Positions 1 through 9,306 of a DNA stretch of 64,000 nt are shown in pieces. The notes below the pieces were generated by a model that saw only the letters and a program-made list of their open reading frames with translations, did no database searches and was not told the DNA's origin. Positions within the stretch are counted from its first letter, which is position 1. Each line of letters opens with the position of its first letter. Position numbers and translations under genes: made by a program. Source of the DNA: Elusimicrobiota bacterium (GTDB taxonomy: Bacteria > Elusimicrobiota > Elusimicrobia > UBA1565 > JACRDR01); NCBI GenBank assembly GCA_016194745.1, contig JACQBA010000012.1, forward strand, positions 85,224-149,223, written 5' to 3'.

Positions 1-373
1 CGGTCGTCTCCCACGGCGCCGCGAGCGCGCGCAGGAACTCGTCCAAGGCCTCGGCCGCTGCGTCGAGCCCGGCGGGCCGGCCGTCGGAGAGGTCGACCGG
101 CTTTCCCTCCATGTGCGCCCGGGCGATCTTCGCTTCGTCCAGGGGAAACCACGCCCGCCCGCCTTCCGCGAAGGGTATCTCGAGCGGGGCGTCCGGGAAT
201 ATCCAGCGCGCCTGGACGGGAAGCTCCAGCTCCAGGGCCAGCGACGCAAGATCCGCGCAGTTCGCGCCGTATCCATGGAGGCAGACGATGGTGGGGGAGG
301 CTTCCGGGGCGGGGAACTCGATGGCCTTGAGCGGCCCGATCCTCCGCACTTGAGGCTTGGAACTTTCGGTCAT
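1..373 (-). CDS. Alpha/beta hydrolase of the phospholipase/carboxylesterase family (N-terminal part; gene runs off the left edge of the window)
   Basis: Hand translation of the minus strand from ATG at 373 gives MTESSKPQVRRIGPLKAIEFPAPEASPTIVCLHGYGANCADLASLALEL with no stop before position 1. The LHGYGAN motif is typical of the PF02230-type esterase family. It is absent from the ORF track because there is no stop in the window. Confidence 0.55.
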   Translation of the reverse strand, partial: MTESSKPQVRRIGPLKAIEFPAPEASPTIVCLHGYGANCADLASLALELELPVQARWIFPDAPLEIPFAEGGRAWFPLDEAKIARAHMEGKPVDLSDGRPAGLDAAAEALDEFLRALAAPWETT

Positions 374-390
374 TCAACCGACTCTACCAA

Positions 391-1866
391 ATGCGGTACA
401 ATCGAGGCATGACGCAGGCGGGATCGACGGCGAGCAAAACGGACGCGCTCAAGGAGCTCTTCGGGCGGCGCTTCGGCGGGGCGACGGAGACGATCGCTCC
501 GCTCAAGGCCGACGGGTCGGCAAGGCAGCTTTTTCGCTTGAGCGGCGGAGGCAAGACCGCGATCGGCGCCCTCGGCCCCGACGCGCAGGAGAACCGCGCC
601 TTCCTCGCCTTCTCGAAGCACTTCCGCAAAGAGGGGCTGCCTGTCCCGGAAATCTACGCGGAGGACCAGGCCGCGGGCACCTATATAGAGGAAGACCTGG
701 GCGACACGACGCTATTTGCGCTGCTCTCCGGCGATCGCAAGGGGCGCGACGTCTCGCCCCCCGCGGCCGACGCCTACCGCCGCGTCGTGCGCATCCTGCC
801 CGAATTCCAGGTGACGGCCGGCAAGTCGCTCGACTACTCGCTGTGCTACCCGCGCGCGAGCTTCGACAAGCAATCGATGATGTGGGACTTGAACTACTTC
901 AAGTACTACTTCCTCAAGCTCGGGAACATCCCCTTCAACGAACAAGCCCTCGAGGACGATTTTAAGAGGTTCGTCGACTTCCTCCTTAAGGCCAAGCACG
1001 ACTATTTCCTTTACCGCGACTTCCAGTCCCACAACATCATGATCCGGGAGAAGGCGCCCTGGTTCATCGACTACCAGGGCGGTAGGAAGGGCCCGCTCCA
1101 ATACGACCTCGCCTCGCTGCTGTACGACGCGAAGGCCGACTTGCCCTTCGAGTTCCGCGACGAACTGACCGCGCTGTACCTGGACGCCGCGGCCAAGCTC
1201 ACGAAGGTCGATCCCGCCGAATTCCTGCGCTACTTCCACGGCTTCGTTTTCATCCGCATCATGCAGGCGATGGGCGCCTACGGCCTGCGCGGGTTCTACG
1301 AGAAGAAGCCGCGCTTCCTGCAGAGCATCCCCTACGCTATCCGGAACCTGGAGCACCTGCTGCGGACGGCGCAGCTCCCGATCGAGCTCCCCGAGCTCAT
1401 GGCCGTGTTCCGGCGGATGGTCGCCTCGACGGCGCTCCGGCAGCACGGGAACGTCGATTTGGCGCTCACGGTGCGGATCATGAGCTTCTCCTACAAGAAC
1501 GGCGTCCCGGGCGACGACCGCGGCCACGGCGGCGGGTTCGTCTTCGACTGCCGCGCGCTGCCCAATCCGGGCCGATTCGAGCAGTACGCGAAAGTCACGG
1601 GCAAGGACGCGCCGGTGATCGAATTCCTGAAGAAAGAGCCCGACGTCGCGAAGTATCTTGAGAACGCGTTCTCGCTCGTCGACCAGTCGGTCGAGAACTA
1701 CCGGAGCCGGAAGTTCACTTCGCTCATGGTGGCCTTCGGCTGTACGGGCGGACAGCACCGTTCCGTCTACTGCGCGGAGCGGCTCGCGGCTCACCTCAAG
1801 CAGAAGTACGACGTGCTCATCGACTTGAAGCACCGCGACGCGCCCACGGAGCCGCCCGCTTCGTGA
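391..1866 (+). CDS. Sugar anomeric kinase (AmgK/aminoglycoside-phosphotransferase-like) fused to a RapZ C-terminal-like domain
   Basis: The N-terminal ~330 aa have APH-type kinase motifs (FQSHNIMI, FIDYQG) and resemble the MurNAc/GlcNAc kinase AmgK. The C-terminal ~150 aa (FVFDCRALPNPGRFEQYAKVTGKDAPVIEFL ... GCTGGQHRSVYCAERLA) closely match the RapZ C-terminal domain (FDVRFLPNPHW ... GCTGGKHRSV). The gene overlaps the downstream MurU-like gene by 4 bp. Confidence 0.8.
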   Translation: MRYNRGMTQAGSTASKTDALKELFGRRFGGATETIAPLKADGSARQLFRLSGGGKTAIGALGPDAQENRAFLAFSKHFRKEGLPVPEIYAEDQAAGTYIEEDLGDTTLFALLSGDRKGRDVSPPAADAYRRVVRILPEFQVTAGKSLDYSLCYPRASFDKQSMMWDLNYFKYYFLKLGNIPFNEQALEDDFKRFVDFLLKAKHDYFLYRDFQSHNIMIREKAPWFIDYQGGRKGPLQYDLASLLYDAKADLPFEFRDELTALYLDAAAKLTKVDPAEFLRYFHGFVFIRIMQAMGAYGLRGFYEKKPRFLQSIPYAIRNLEHLLRTAQLPIELPELMAVFRRMVASTALRQHGNVDLALTVRIMSFSYKNGVPGDDRGHGGGFVFDCRALPNPGRFEQYAKVTGKDAPVIEFLKKEPDVAKYLENAFSLVDQSVENYRSRKFTSLMVAFGCTGGQHRSVYCAERLAAHLKQKYDVLIDLKHRDAPTEPPAS

Positions 1867-2573
1867 AGGCGATGATCCTGGCCGCCGGCGTCGGCAGCCG
1901 GCTGCGCCCGATCACCGACACCCGTCCCAAGGCCTTGGTCAAGGTGGGGGGAGTGCCGATGCTCGAGATCGTCCTCCGCCGGCTGATGGCGGCCGGCGTC
2001 GACGGCGTGATCGTCAACGTCCATCACTTCCCGGAGCAGATCGAGGCGTTCTTGAAGGAAAGGGGAAACTTCGGCATCCGCGTCGAGCTCTCGCGCGAGC
2101 CGGAGCTCCTCGACACGGGCGGCGGGCTGAAGAAAGCCTCGTGGTTCTTCGACGACGGCAAGCCCTTCTTCCTTCATAACGTGGACGCCTATACCGAGCT
2201 CGACTTGGCCAAGATGTACGCGGCCCATCTCGCGGGCGGCGCGCTCGCGACCTTGGCGGTCGCCAAGCGCGAGAGCGGGCGCTATCTTCTCTTCGACAAG
2301 GACGGGCGGCTCCGGGGCCGCGAGTCCGCCAAGGGCGTCGAGTGGGCGGGGGCTCAGGTCGAGGCGCCGGAGAAGCTCGCCTTCAACATCGTGCACGTAA
2401 TCTCGCCGGCCCTGTTCCCGAAGTTGACCGAGACCGGGTTCTTCTCGATCATCGACGCCTACCTGCGCCTCGCGGCGCAGGGCGAACGCATCCAGTCCTT
2501 CCGCGCCGACCCGTACTACTGGCGCGACATCGGCACTCCCGAGACGCTCGCCAAGGCGCGCCGCCGATCTTGA
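1863..2573 (+). CDS. murU: MurU-like sugar-1-phosphate nucleotidyltransferase (N-acetylmuramate-1-P uridylyltransferase family)
   Basis: MKAMILAAGVGSRLRPITDTRPKALV is the nucleotidyltransferase G-x-G-x-R-L signature. It is immediately downstream of the AmgK-like kinase and translationally coupled to it, as in the AmgK-MurU cell-wall recycling pair. Confidence 0.75.
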   Translation: MKAMILAAGVGSRLRPITDTRPKALVKVGGVPMLEIVLRRLMAAGVDGVIVNVHHFPEQIEAFLKERGNFGIRVELSREPELLDTGGGLKKASWFFDDGKPFFLHNVDAYTELDLAKMYAAHLAGGALATLAVAKRESGRYLLFDKDGRLRGRESAKGVEWAGAQVEAPEKLAFNIVHVISPALFPKLTETGFFSIIDAYLRLAAQGERIQSFRADPYYWRDIGTPETLAKARRRS

Positions 2574-2585
2574 TACAATGACCGC

Positions 2586-3833
2586 ATGAGCGAGATTCCC
2601 GCCGAGCCGGCCGCGCCGGGCGATGGCGACGGGCAGGCCCCGCCCGAGAAGAAACGCGGGGTGCCCGCCGCGCACAAGGCGCCGATCCCATGGGTGCGCC
2701 TGCGCTCCGCCGGCTCGGGACCGCAGCTGTTCAAGCGGATGCTCGGCGAAGTCGATCCCAAGGCGAGGCCGGGCGATCTCGTGGCGGTCTACGACAAGTC
2801 GGACGCGCCCTACGGGCTCGCGTTGTACAATCCGCGCAGCCTGATCGCCCTGCGGCTCATCCACCGGGGCGCGGTCGACTTCGATCTCGACCAGTTCTTC
2901 GGCGAGCGCATCCGCCTGGCGGTCGAGTTTCGCCGCGACGCGCTAGAGCTCGACAAGCGGACCAGCGCCTACCGCCTCGTCCATGATCTCGGAGACGGGC
3001 TTCCCGGCCTCGTCATCGACCGGCTCGGCGACTATTTCGTCCTCGAGTTCTACTCGATCGGCATGTTCAAGCAGGCGGAGCGGCTCGAGAAGCTCCTCCT
3101 GGAGCATTTCCCGGCCGCCAAGTTCGTCCGCCGCGCGAGCCAGTTCACCGAGTCGATGGAAGGATTTAAGATCAAGCCCGGCCCGACCATCCGCACCCGC
3201 ATCCGCGAGAACGGGGTTTCCTTCGAGGTCGAGCCCTCGGGCGGGTACAAGACCGGGTTCTTCTGCGACCAGCGGGAGAACCGTCTCGAGGTCTCGCGCC
3301 TCGCCTCCGGGCGCCGGGTGCTCGACGCCTACAGCTACACCGGCGGCTTCGGCCTCTACGCGAGCGTCCTGGGCGGCGCCAAGGAGGTCACCTGCGTCGA
3401 GCTCGACCCGGACGTCTGCGAGTTGGTCAAGAAGAACGCCAACATCAACCAAGTCCGGATCAATACGGTGTGCTGCGACGCGTTCCCGTATCTCCGCCAG
3501 ATGGAGGCCAACAAGGAGAAGTTCGGCCTCGTGATCCTCGACCCGTACAAGCTCATCGGATCGAGGGAGACCTACGCGCTGGGGCGAAAGAAGTACGCGG
3601 ACTTGAACCGCCTCGGGTTCTCCATCGTCGAGCCCGGCGGGATCATGGTGACCTGCTCGTGCAGCGGGATGCTCCCGTGGGAGGAGTTCCAGCAGATCAT
3701 CCGCACGGCGGCCGGTTCGGCGGGACGCCGCGTCCAGATCTTCAAGAAAAGCGGCGCGGGCCAGGACCATCCCTTCGCCGTCGACTTTCCGGAGGGCGAG
3801 TACCTGAAAGTCGCGTGGTGCCGAGTCTTCTAG
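2586..3833 (+). CDS. RlmI/RlmK-like class I SAM-dependent 23S rRNA (cytosine-C5) methyltransferase with an N-terminal PUA-like domain
   Basis: GGFGLYA ... VTCVELD ... ILDPYK motifs with an RlmI-like N-terminal architecture (LVAVYDKSDAPYGLALYNPRS), about 415 aa. Confidence 0.75.
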   Translation: MSEIPAEPAAPGDGDGQAPPEKKRGVPAAHKAPIPWVRLRSAGSGPQLFKRMLGEVDPKARPGDLVAVYDKSDAPYGLALYNPRSLIALRLIHRGAVDFDLDQFFGERIRLAVEFRRDALELDKRTSAYRLVHDLGDGLPGLVIDRLGDYFVLEFYSIGMFKQAERLEKLLLEHFPAAKFVRRASQFTESMEGFKIKPGPTIRTRIRENGVSFEVEPSGGYKTGFFCDQRENRLEVSRLASGRRVLDAYSYTGGFGLYASVLGGAKEVTCVELDPDVCELVKKNANINQVRINTVCCDAFPYLRQMEANKEKFGLVILDPYKLIGSRETYALGRKKYADLNRLGFSIVEPGGIMVTCSCSGMLPWEEFQQIIRTAAGSAGRRVQIFKKSGAGQDHPFAVDFPEGEYLKVAWCRVF

Positions 3834-3834
3834 G

Positions 3835-3862
3835 CCGGGAAATCCGGCTTTCCATCCGGGCG
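3835..3862 (+). terminator. Putative rho-independent terminator after the rlmI-like gene
   Basis: The stem gccggg-aaa-tccggc is followed by a TTTCC run immediately 3' of the stop at 3833. Confidence 0.35.
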
Positions 3863-3977
3863 TTCAAGTCTCCTGAGACACTTCAAGGCCGTTGGGCCCA
3901 GTCGATAGTTCCCGTTGGTCTCTAGTCCCGCGGGCGGATCCGCGCTACGATGATCCAAGGAGGGGCAGGAGAATTCA

Positions 3978-4529
3978 ATGAACATCGCCGCCGCAGCATT
4001 CTGTCTCGTCTCGCTCGCCCGCACCGACGCGGCGCCGCCGGACGCCGACGCGTGGCTTCCGGAGACCGTCGCGGTCGTCCAAGCGGCCGCGGACGACCGG
4101 ATGGAGGAGCTCAAGCGGCGCAGCTTTGAGAGGCGGCTCAGGGACCTCGGCATGGCCGAATGGAAGAACGGCTGTCTGGACAACCGCGGCTACCAGATAA
4201 ACGTGGGGAAAGGCTGCCAGGCCGACGGGGGTTGGAAGGACGACTGCGTCCGCATCGGCGTATCCGGGCTCTATCCGCCGAACCCATGGCGCCATCCGTA
4301 CCAGCCCAGGCTCCTCGTGAACGGCAAGATCGGCGGCGGCGTCGTCTATCGAGACGTGATTCCCCCGTCCGGGATCGACGAGTTCATGCGGGCGAGCGAG
4401 GACCTCGTGGTGATTCGGAACCTTATCGCGGAGTTCACGGCCAAGGTCGGGCGCAACCCCTTCCCCATGGTCGCGGAAACGTGCTCCTGCGACGCCCACC
4501 GCGGCACGTTCTGCCGCCCGGTCCGCTAG
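3978..4529 (+). CDS. Hypothetical secreted cysteine-containing protein
   Basis: An AGGAG ribosome-binding site lies 8 bp upstream of the ATG. The N-terminus is signal-peptide-like (MNIAAAAFCLVSLARTDA). Non-low-complexity composition, 183 aa. Confidence 0.5.
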   Translation: MNIAAAAFCLVSLARTDAAPPDADAWLPETVAVVQAAADDRMEELKRRSFERRLRDLGMAEWKNGCLDNRGYQINVGKGCQADGGWKDDCVRIGVSGLYPPNPWRHPYQPRLLVNGKIGGGVVYRDVIPPSGIDEFMRASEDLVVIRNLIAEFTAKVGRNPFPMVAETCSCDAHRGTFCRPVR

Positions 4530-6121
4530 CGCGCCGGTAGAGACGCGAAGAGCGCCGCCGCAGCGTCGGCGGGATCGTCGGTCGGACGCCAGGCGGCGGC
4601 CGGGCGGAGCCCGAAGCGCTCGCGCACGGCCTCGACCAGGGATTCCCGCACGACCAGCACCGTCGGTTTGCGCCGCTCGCGGGCGATGCGCTCGAGCTCG
4701 GGCGCCCAGCCGCCGCCTTGAAGCTCCAGAGGTCCGACCTCGTCGATGAAGAGCACGTCGACCTCGGACTGCCGCGCGCGCGCGATCGCGGCGAGGCCGA
4801 AGTAGAGCCCGGCGGGCGAGAAGCGGTAGGGTCCCGCGGCCTCGGTCCATTCGCTCGGCCCGTCGCGGCGGCACAGCGGCTCGCGGTCTCCGTTCGACAA
4901 ATCGATGACGTCGAAGCCTTGCCGCTCGTCTTTCTCCCATAGTCCGGGCGCCGCGATCCCGCCGGCCGAGTCGCCGCGCTCGCGCACGGCACGCGCGAGC
5001 CGCTCGACGAACGCGGTCTTGCCGGCGACCTTCTCGCCGACGATGAGATAGACGAGCGCGTCCGAGGCGGGCGTCTCGAGCGTACGCGCGAGCATCCGGC
5101 CGACGGAGGCGCGCGGCGCCTTGAGCCAGGCGCTCGGGGCGGGCAGGCGGTCCATGACGAAGGGCAAGGTCGAGAACGCGGCGTCGACGGCCGCGAGCAG
5201 AGGATCGAGGACGCGCGGGGCGAGGCGCCGCCACGGCGAGCGGGCGAGCTCCTGCGACACGGCCGCGAATCCGGCGATCAAGGTCATCGCGCGCAGGCAC
5301 ATCCGCAGTCCGATCTCGGCGCCCTTCCAGTAGCCGGCGCGGCTCATGAGCGCTCCCGACGCGGCGCAGACGACCGCTAGCGTGATCCAGAACTTGGGTT
5401 TCGCCAGACGCCGGCCCGCGGCGGGATAGAGGTACGACCACAGCGCGACGGCGGCGAGCGCCGCCAGCACGGATTGGGCCAGCGGCAGCGCGCGGAACGC
5501 CGAGAGGACGCCGAAGATCGCGGCCACGTTCAAGACGAGGGCGAGCGCCGACGCAGGCACTCTCGGCGGCGCCGCGGGCGCGAGCGCGGGGCGATATCCG
5601 GACTCCGGCGCCGGGTCGGGCGGCGCCGGCGGGGAGGTCGGCACCCCTAGGCCCGCGAGCGCCGCCGCGGCGCCCATGAGGAAGTAGGCCCCGAACGCGG
5701 CCGACAGCACGGCTCCCGCGGAGGAAGGCGAGAAGCCGAGCCCGCTTTGCGCGCGACCGACCGCCGCGAGGAAGACGCTCAGGATGTCGGTCCCGTACAG
5801 CACCACCGTCTCCGCCGCCGACTGCGCGAGCGTCCACGTCATCGCGAGGCCCCCGCCGAGCGCGAAGCCGGCCGCGTTGGCCCCGAGGAGCATCGTCGCC
5901 GCTTCCATGAGCGAGGCTTCCATCGAGATCGCGACCATCGGCCCGAGGAGCACCGCGCTCGGGGAGATCGACTTGAGCGCGGCGCAGACGAGCCCTGCGC
6001 GCCAGAGGAGCCCTTGGCGCGGTCTCAGGCGGCGCGCCGCGACGAGGAGCACGATCGAGAGCGCCGTCATGAACTCGCCGCGGAAGGGGACCTTGAGATT
6101 GTGGAGCGCGCTGCCAAGCAC
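4526..6121 (-). CDS. Polytopic membrane protein fused to a C-terminal P-loop NTPase (THEP1/DUF2478-like) domain
   Basis: The N-terminal ~330 aa are hydrophobic with multiple predicted TM helices. The C-terminus has Walker A (IVGEKVAGKT) and Walker B-like (VLFIDEVGPLEL) motifs typical of THEP1-type NTPases. It overlaps the convergent upstream gene by 4 bp at the stop codons. Confidence 0.6.
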   Translation of the reverse strand: MLGSALHNLKVPFRGEFMTALSIVLLVAARRLRPRQGLLWRAGLVCAALKSISPSAVLLGPMVAISMEASLMEAATMLLGANAAGFALGGGLAMTWTLAQSAAETVVLYGTDILSVFLAAVGRAQSGLGFSPSSAGAVLSAAFGAYFLMGAAAALAGLGVPTSPPAPPDPAPESGYRPALAPAAPPRVPASALALVLNVAAIFGVLSAFRALPLAQSVLAALAAVALWSYLYPAAGRRLAKPKFWITLAVVCAASGALMSRAGYWKGAEIGLRMCLRAMTLIAGFAAVSQELARSPWRRLAPRVLDPLLAAVDAAFSTLPFVMDRLPAPSAWLKAPRASVGRMLARTLETPASDALVYLIVGEKVAGKTAFVERLARAVRERGDSAGGIAAPGLWEKDERQGFDVIDLSNGDREPLCRRDGPSEWTEAAGPYRFSPAGLYFGLAAIARARQSEVDVLFIDEVGPLELQGGGWAPELERIARERRKPTVLVVRESLVEAVRERFGLRPAAAWRPTDDPADAAAALFASLPAR

Positions 6122-6185
6122 GATCTCGATGCCCGCCCATAAGGCGCCGAGCGCGGCGGCCTCGGACCAGAGAGTCGAGACGGGG

Positions 6186-6998
6186 CTACTTCGCCGGCTT
6201 TCGCTCGGGCTGCTTGCTCTTATAAAGGAAGTATTGATAGAGGTCCTCCAACTGCGCGTCCGTCAGGAAATCGTGGTCGGGCATCTCGGTGTAGCGGAAC
6301 TGGGAGGGCTTCTTGACGTACTTCTTGATCATGTCTTTTGGCCTGTACGCGGTGATGCTCTGGGGGGCGTTCAAGTCCGGGCCGATCTTCCCGCCCTGCT
6401 GGTTGATGGCATGGCAGCGCACGCAGTTCGCCTTGAACGTCTCGTAGCCCCGCATCGAGGGCGAGCCCGCCGCGGCGCCCTGCGGCACGACCTCCGGATA
6501 GCGCTCCGCGAAGCGCATCAACGTGATCGAGGCGAGCTGGTAAGGCCACGGGTAGTCCTTCTCGGTCGACTGCTCGGGACCGCTCCACGCGAGATAGAAC
6601 GGGCCGGGGCTGACCTTCTTGCGTCCCACCGGCTCCCAGCCCGGGACGTCCGCGTCCTCGATCGCGAGGCAGCCGCCATCCTCGGTCAGCTTGGCAGCGG
6701 AGGCGACGGACACGTAGCCGTCGAGCGCCGCGAAGGCGGCCTCGCTGAACGCGCCGTTCGCCCAGTCCTTGCCGAAGGCGACGTCCATCACCTTCGCGAT
6801 CGGCAGGCACTGGTAGGTCTTCGGCTTGCCGTAGCGCGGATCGAGGAAGGTCGTCTTGACGGGCGGGACCTTGGCGAGGAGCTCCTGCTTCGTGAACCGC
6901 GCGACCTGCTTGCCGGACCAATTGAAGGTGAGCGTCCCGTCGTCGGCATACGCGAGGGAAGCGGCCGCGAGCGCGGCCGCCGCGAGGGCGGCTCTCAT
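6186..6998 (-). CDS. Secreted c-type cytochrome
   Basis: Signal peptide (MRAALAAAALAAASLAYA) and a single CVRCH haem-binding motif. Confidence 0.7.
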   Translation of the reverse strand: MRAALAAAALAAASLAYADDGTLTFNWSGKQVARFTKQELLAKVPPVKTTFLDPRYGKPKTYQCLPIAKVMDVAFGKDWANGAFSEAAFAALDGYVSVASAAKLTEDGGCLAIEDADVPGWEPVGRKKVSPGPFYLAWSGPEQSTEKDYPWPYQLASITLMRFAERYPEVVPQGAAAGSPSMRGYETFKANCVRCHAINQQGGKIGPDLNAPQSITAYRPKDMIKKYVKKPSQFRYTEMPDHDFLTDAQLEDLYQYFLYKSKQPERKPAK

Positions 6999-7021
6999 CC
7001 CTCGATTCTACCGAAAACGGC

Positions 7022-8191
7022 CTAGAAGAACCAGGCCGAGCCGAGGCCGGCGTCGATGAAGCGCTGCTTGGGCAGGCCGACGACCTTGTTGACGGAGAAG
7101 GTGAGGTCGAACTTGTTGAAGATCTTGTAGCTCGCCATCACTCCGATCGTGTGATAGGTGTTGAAGGCGAAGCCCGCGACGCGCTCGTGCATGCCCACCA
7201 GCTGCAGCGCGGCGACCCAGCGCTGGCCGAAGCGGTGCCCCGCCTGCGCGCCCCAGCCGAGGATGTTCGCGTCGATGTCGGTGTCGAGGCCGCCCAGGTT
7301 GTTGAATTTGCCGTAGTACGCCCCGAGCGTGCCGAAGTTCTTTTCCCAGTCCTTCTGAAGGGAGGTCGAGCCCGCGGCGCCGATGAGGCCCGAGTAGTTC
7401 GGCAGGTCCATCGACGCCGTGCCGCTGTAGGAGACGCCCGGGCCGACGGTCCATGTCCAGCCGTCCTTGAAGTAGAGCGGGTGCAGGTACTGCAGGATGA
7501 GCCCCGCGCGGTACGTCTTGAGTCCCTCGAAATTAATCTGGGCGAGCGGGAAGCTGAATTTCAAGTGGCGGTCCTTCTTCTCCCCGAAGTCGAGGGCGAA
7601 GCCCGGGGTCACGCCGATCATGTGCCCGGCGTAGCCGTCGTTGGTGAACTCGGCGAAGCCGCCGGAGAAGGTCGGGTCGGTGCCGGGAGCGCCGGAGGCT
7701 TTTTGCTCGGCGGTCTTGATCCCGTTGAACATGACGTCCTGGAACGTGGCCTTCATCGTCGCGTTGATCGTGCTCGAGGGGGAGCCGGAGATCTGGCCGC
7801 CGGGTCCGGCGTTGATGAGGCGCACGAACTTCGGGAGGAAGTCGCCGCCCTTGAGGAAGTCTCTCAACTGGGAGCTGAGGTCCGCGGTGTTCGATCCGGT
7901 GAAGGTCTTATCTATGCCCAGCTCCGCGGCGGTAAATCGCAGGGACGTGCAGGTGGCTCCGCACGCGTTGGGACCGCCCAGCGGGTTCGTGATGAACTGG
8001 AACGGATGTCCGAGCACCTCGAGCGTCAGCGTCCGGGGGTTGCTCTCGTAGTCCTTGGCGAATTGGATGAGACCGCTCTGGCTGTACCCGGTGCGGGTGC
8101 CGTTCTCGATGATGACGATGGGATCCTTCGCGAAGGCGGGACCGCACGACAAGACGGCAAATAGGGCGAGGGCGAGGGCGGATTTGGTCAT
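7022..8191 (-). CDS. Outer-membrane beta-barrel protein (lipoprotein-type signal peptide)
   Basis: Signal peptide with a lipobox-like LSCG, alternating amphipathic beta-strand pattern, aromatic-rich, and a C-terminal ...AWFF ending in Phe as in outer-membrane barrels. Confidence 0.65.
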   Translation of the reverse strand: MTKSALALALFAVLSCGPAFAKDPIVIIENGTRTGYSQSGLIQFAKDYESNPRTLTLEVLGHPFQFITNPLGGPNACGATCTSLRFTAAELGIDKTFTGSNTADLSSQLRDFLKGGDFLPKFVRLINAGPGGQISGSPSSTINATMKATFQDVMFNGIKTAEQKASGAPGTDPTFSGGFAEFTNDGYAGHMIGVTPGFALDFGEKKDRHLKFSFPLAQINFEGLKTYRAGLILQYLHPLYFKDGWTWTVGPGVSYSGTASMDLPNYSGLIGAAGSTSLQKDWEKNFGTLGAYYGKFNNLGGLDTDIDANILGWGAQAGHRFGQRWVAALQLVGMHERVAGFAFNTYHTIGVMASYKIFNKFDLTFSVNKVVGLPKQRFIDAGLGSAWFF

Positions 8192-8260
8192 AGTGACGGA
8201 AGAATGACAGACCCGCCAAAGATTGTCAAGACGGGGCGTGACTATGACGTGACGCAGGAT

Positions 8261-9205
8261 CTAGCGCATCGCGACGCGCGAGGGCCGCGGCGCCGCCTGC
8301 GCCACGAGGGGCTCGTCGTACATGGAGCCCCAGACCGGGCCGTGGGACGGATCGGGTTCCACGTCGTAGAGGCTGATGTCGTAGCGGTACGTCTTGCCCT
8401 TCGCCTGGTAGACGAAGCAGCCGTTCTCGTTGGCGCTCAGGTTGAAGCCGGCGCTGTACCAAAAGTACCCGGGAACCTCGCCCACGGTGTTGGCGGTGCT
8501 CGCCGGGTTGAAATGAAGCTCGATGTCCGAGTCGGGGGAGTTCGTCCCCACGATGTTGCGCGTGCGGTGCCGGTGGACGGTGCGCGCGTCGTTCACGAAC
8601 TCGCCGTTCTCCTCGCGCGCCTTCATCTGCTCGGCGGTGTGATAGAGGACCTTGAGCTGCGGATCGAGGAACAGGCGCTCGTACATGCGGGAAATCTCGC
8701 TGATGGGCCCGCTCCGGTACGTCTTGTCCCAATGCGCCTGCGGGATCAGGAAATGGGAATGACCCATGTCGGGGAAGAACACCGCGTCGATGTAGTCGAG
8801 CTCGTACGCCCGCTCGATGTGCCGCGTCACCGCGCGGACGAAGGACTCGGGAAGGACCGCCGCGCCCCCGCGGGCCTCATCATAAGGAAGCTCGAAGCGC
8901 TCGGTCTGTTCGTTCCAATACGCCCGCTTGGGCAGCCTCTTGGGGGAGGCGTACATCTTCTGGAAGAGGGTGACGAGTTCGGGGAGGCTGAGCCCCCAGC
9001 GGAAATCGGAGGAGTACACCTTGGGACCCGCGGCGTCCTCCTTCGAGCACCGGCGTCCGGGCCAGACGGCGGAGCGGGGCTTGTCGTCGGGTTGGGGCGC
9101 GGAGGCGAGGAGGCGCCCGGCGGACCGGTAGGCGTCCGAGAGATCGAGAGCGGGCGCGGCCTGCGCGACGCACAGCAGGAGCGAAGCGAGGGGGAGGATT
9201 CTCAT
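8261..9205 (-). CDS. Hypothetical secreted protein
   Basis: The track ORF begins at a TTG. The likely start is the ATG giving MRILPLASLLLCVAQAAPA (signal peptide). About 314 aa, no recognisable motif. Confidence 0.5.
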   Translation of the reverse strand: MRILPLASLLLCVAQAAPALDLSDAYRSAGRLLASAPQPDDKPRSAVWPGRRCSKEDAAGPKVYSSDFRWGLSLPELVTLFQKMYASPKRLPKRAYWNEQTERFELPYDEARGGAAVLPESFVRAVTRHIERAYELDYIDAVFFPDMGHSHFLIPQAHWDKTYRSGPISEISRMYERLFLDPQLKVLYHTAEQMKAREENGEFVNDARTVHRHRTRNIVGTNSPDSDIELHFNPASTANTVGEVPGYFWYSAGFNLSANENGCFVYQAKGKTYRYDISLYDVEPDPSHGPVWGSMYDEPLVAQAAPRPSRVAMR

Positions 9206-9306
9206 GCTGCAAGAATTGCCCCTTAGGCCCAATCGCGCAGGTGCAAAAGGACCAATTTTCGTTTAGGTCGGAAGGCCTAGGAACACTAGGCCCTCCGGGC
9301 GCGGCG

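Noticed and set aside
3975-6140. Very long ORFs on the opposite strand or in alternative frames of real genes. Examples: 3975..6140 (721 aa), 712..1833, 1791..2864, 21728..24862 (1044 aa) and 31368..33299 (643 aa). They are Arg/Ala/Gly/Pro-rich low-complexity translations.
   Set aside because: These are typical high-GC antisense or out-of-frame artefacts. Each overlaps a gene with clear family motifs on the other strand or frame, and none shows recognisable domain motifs of its own.
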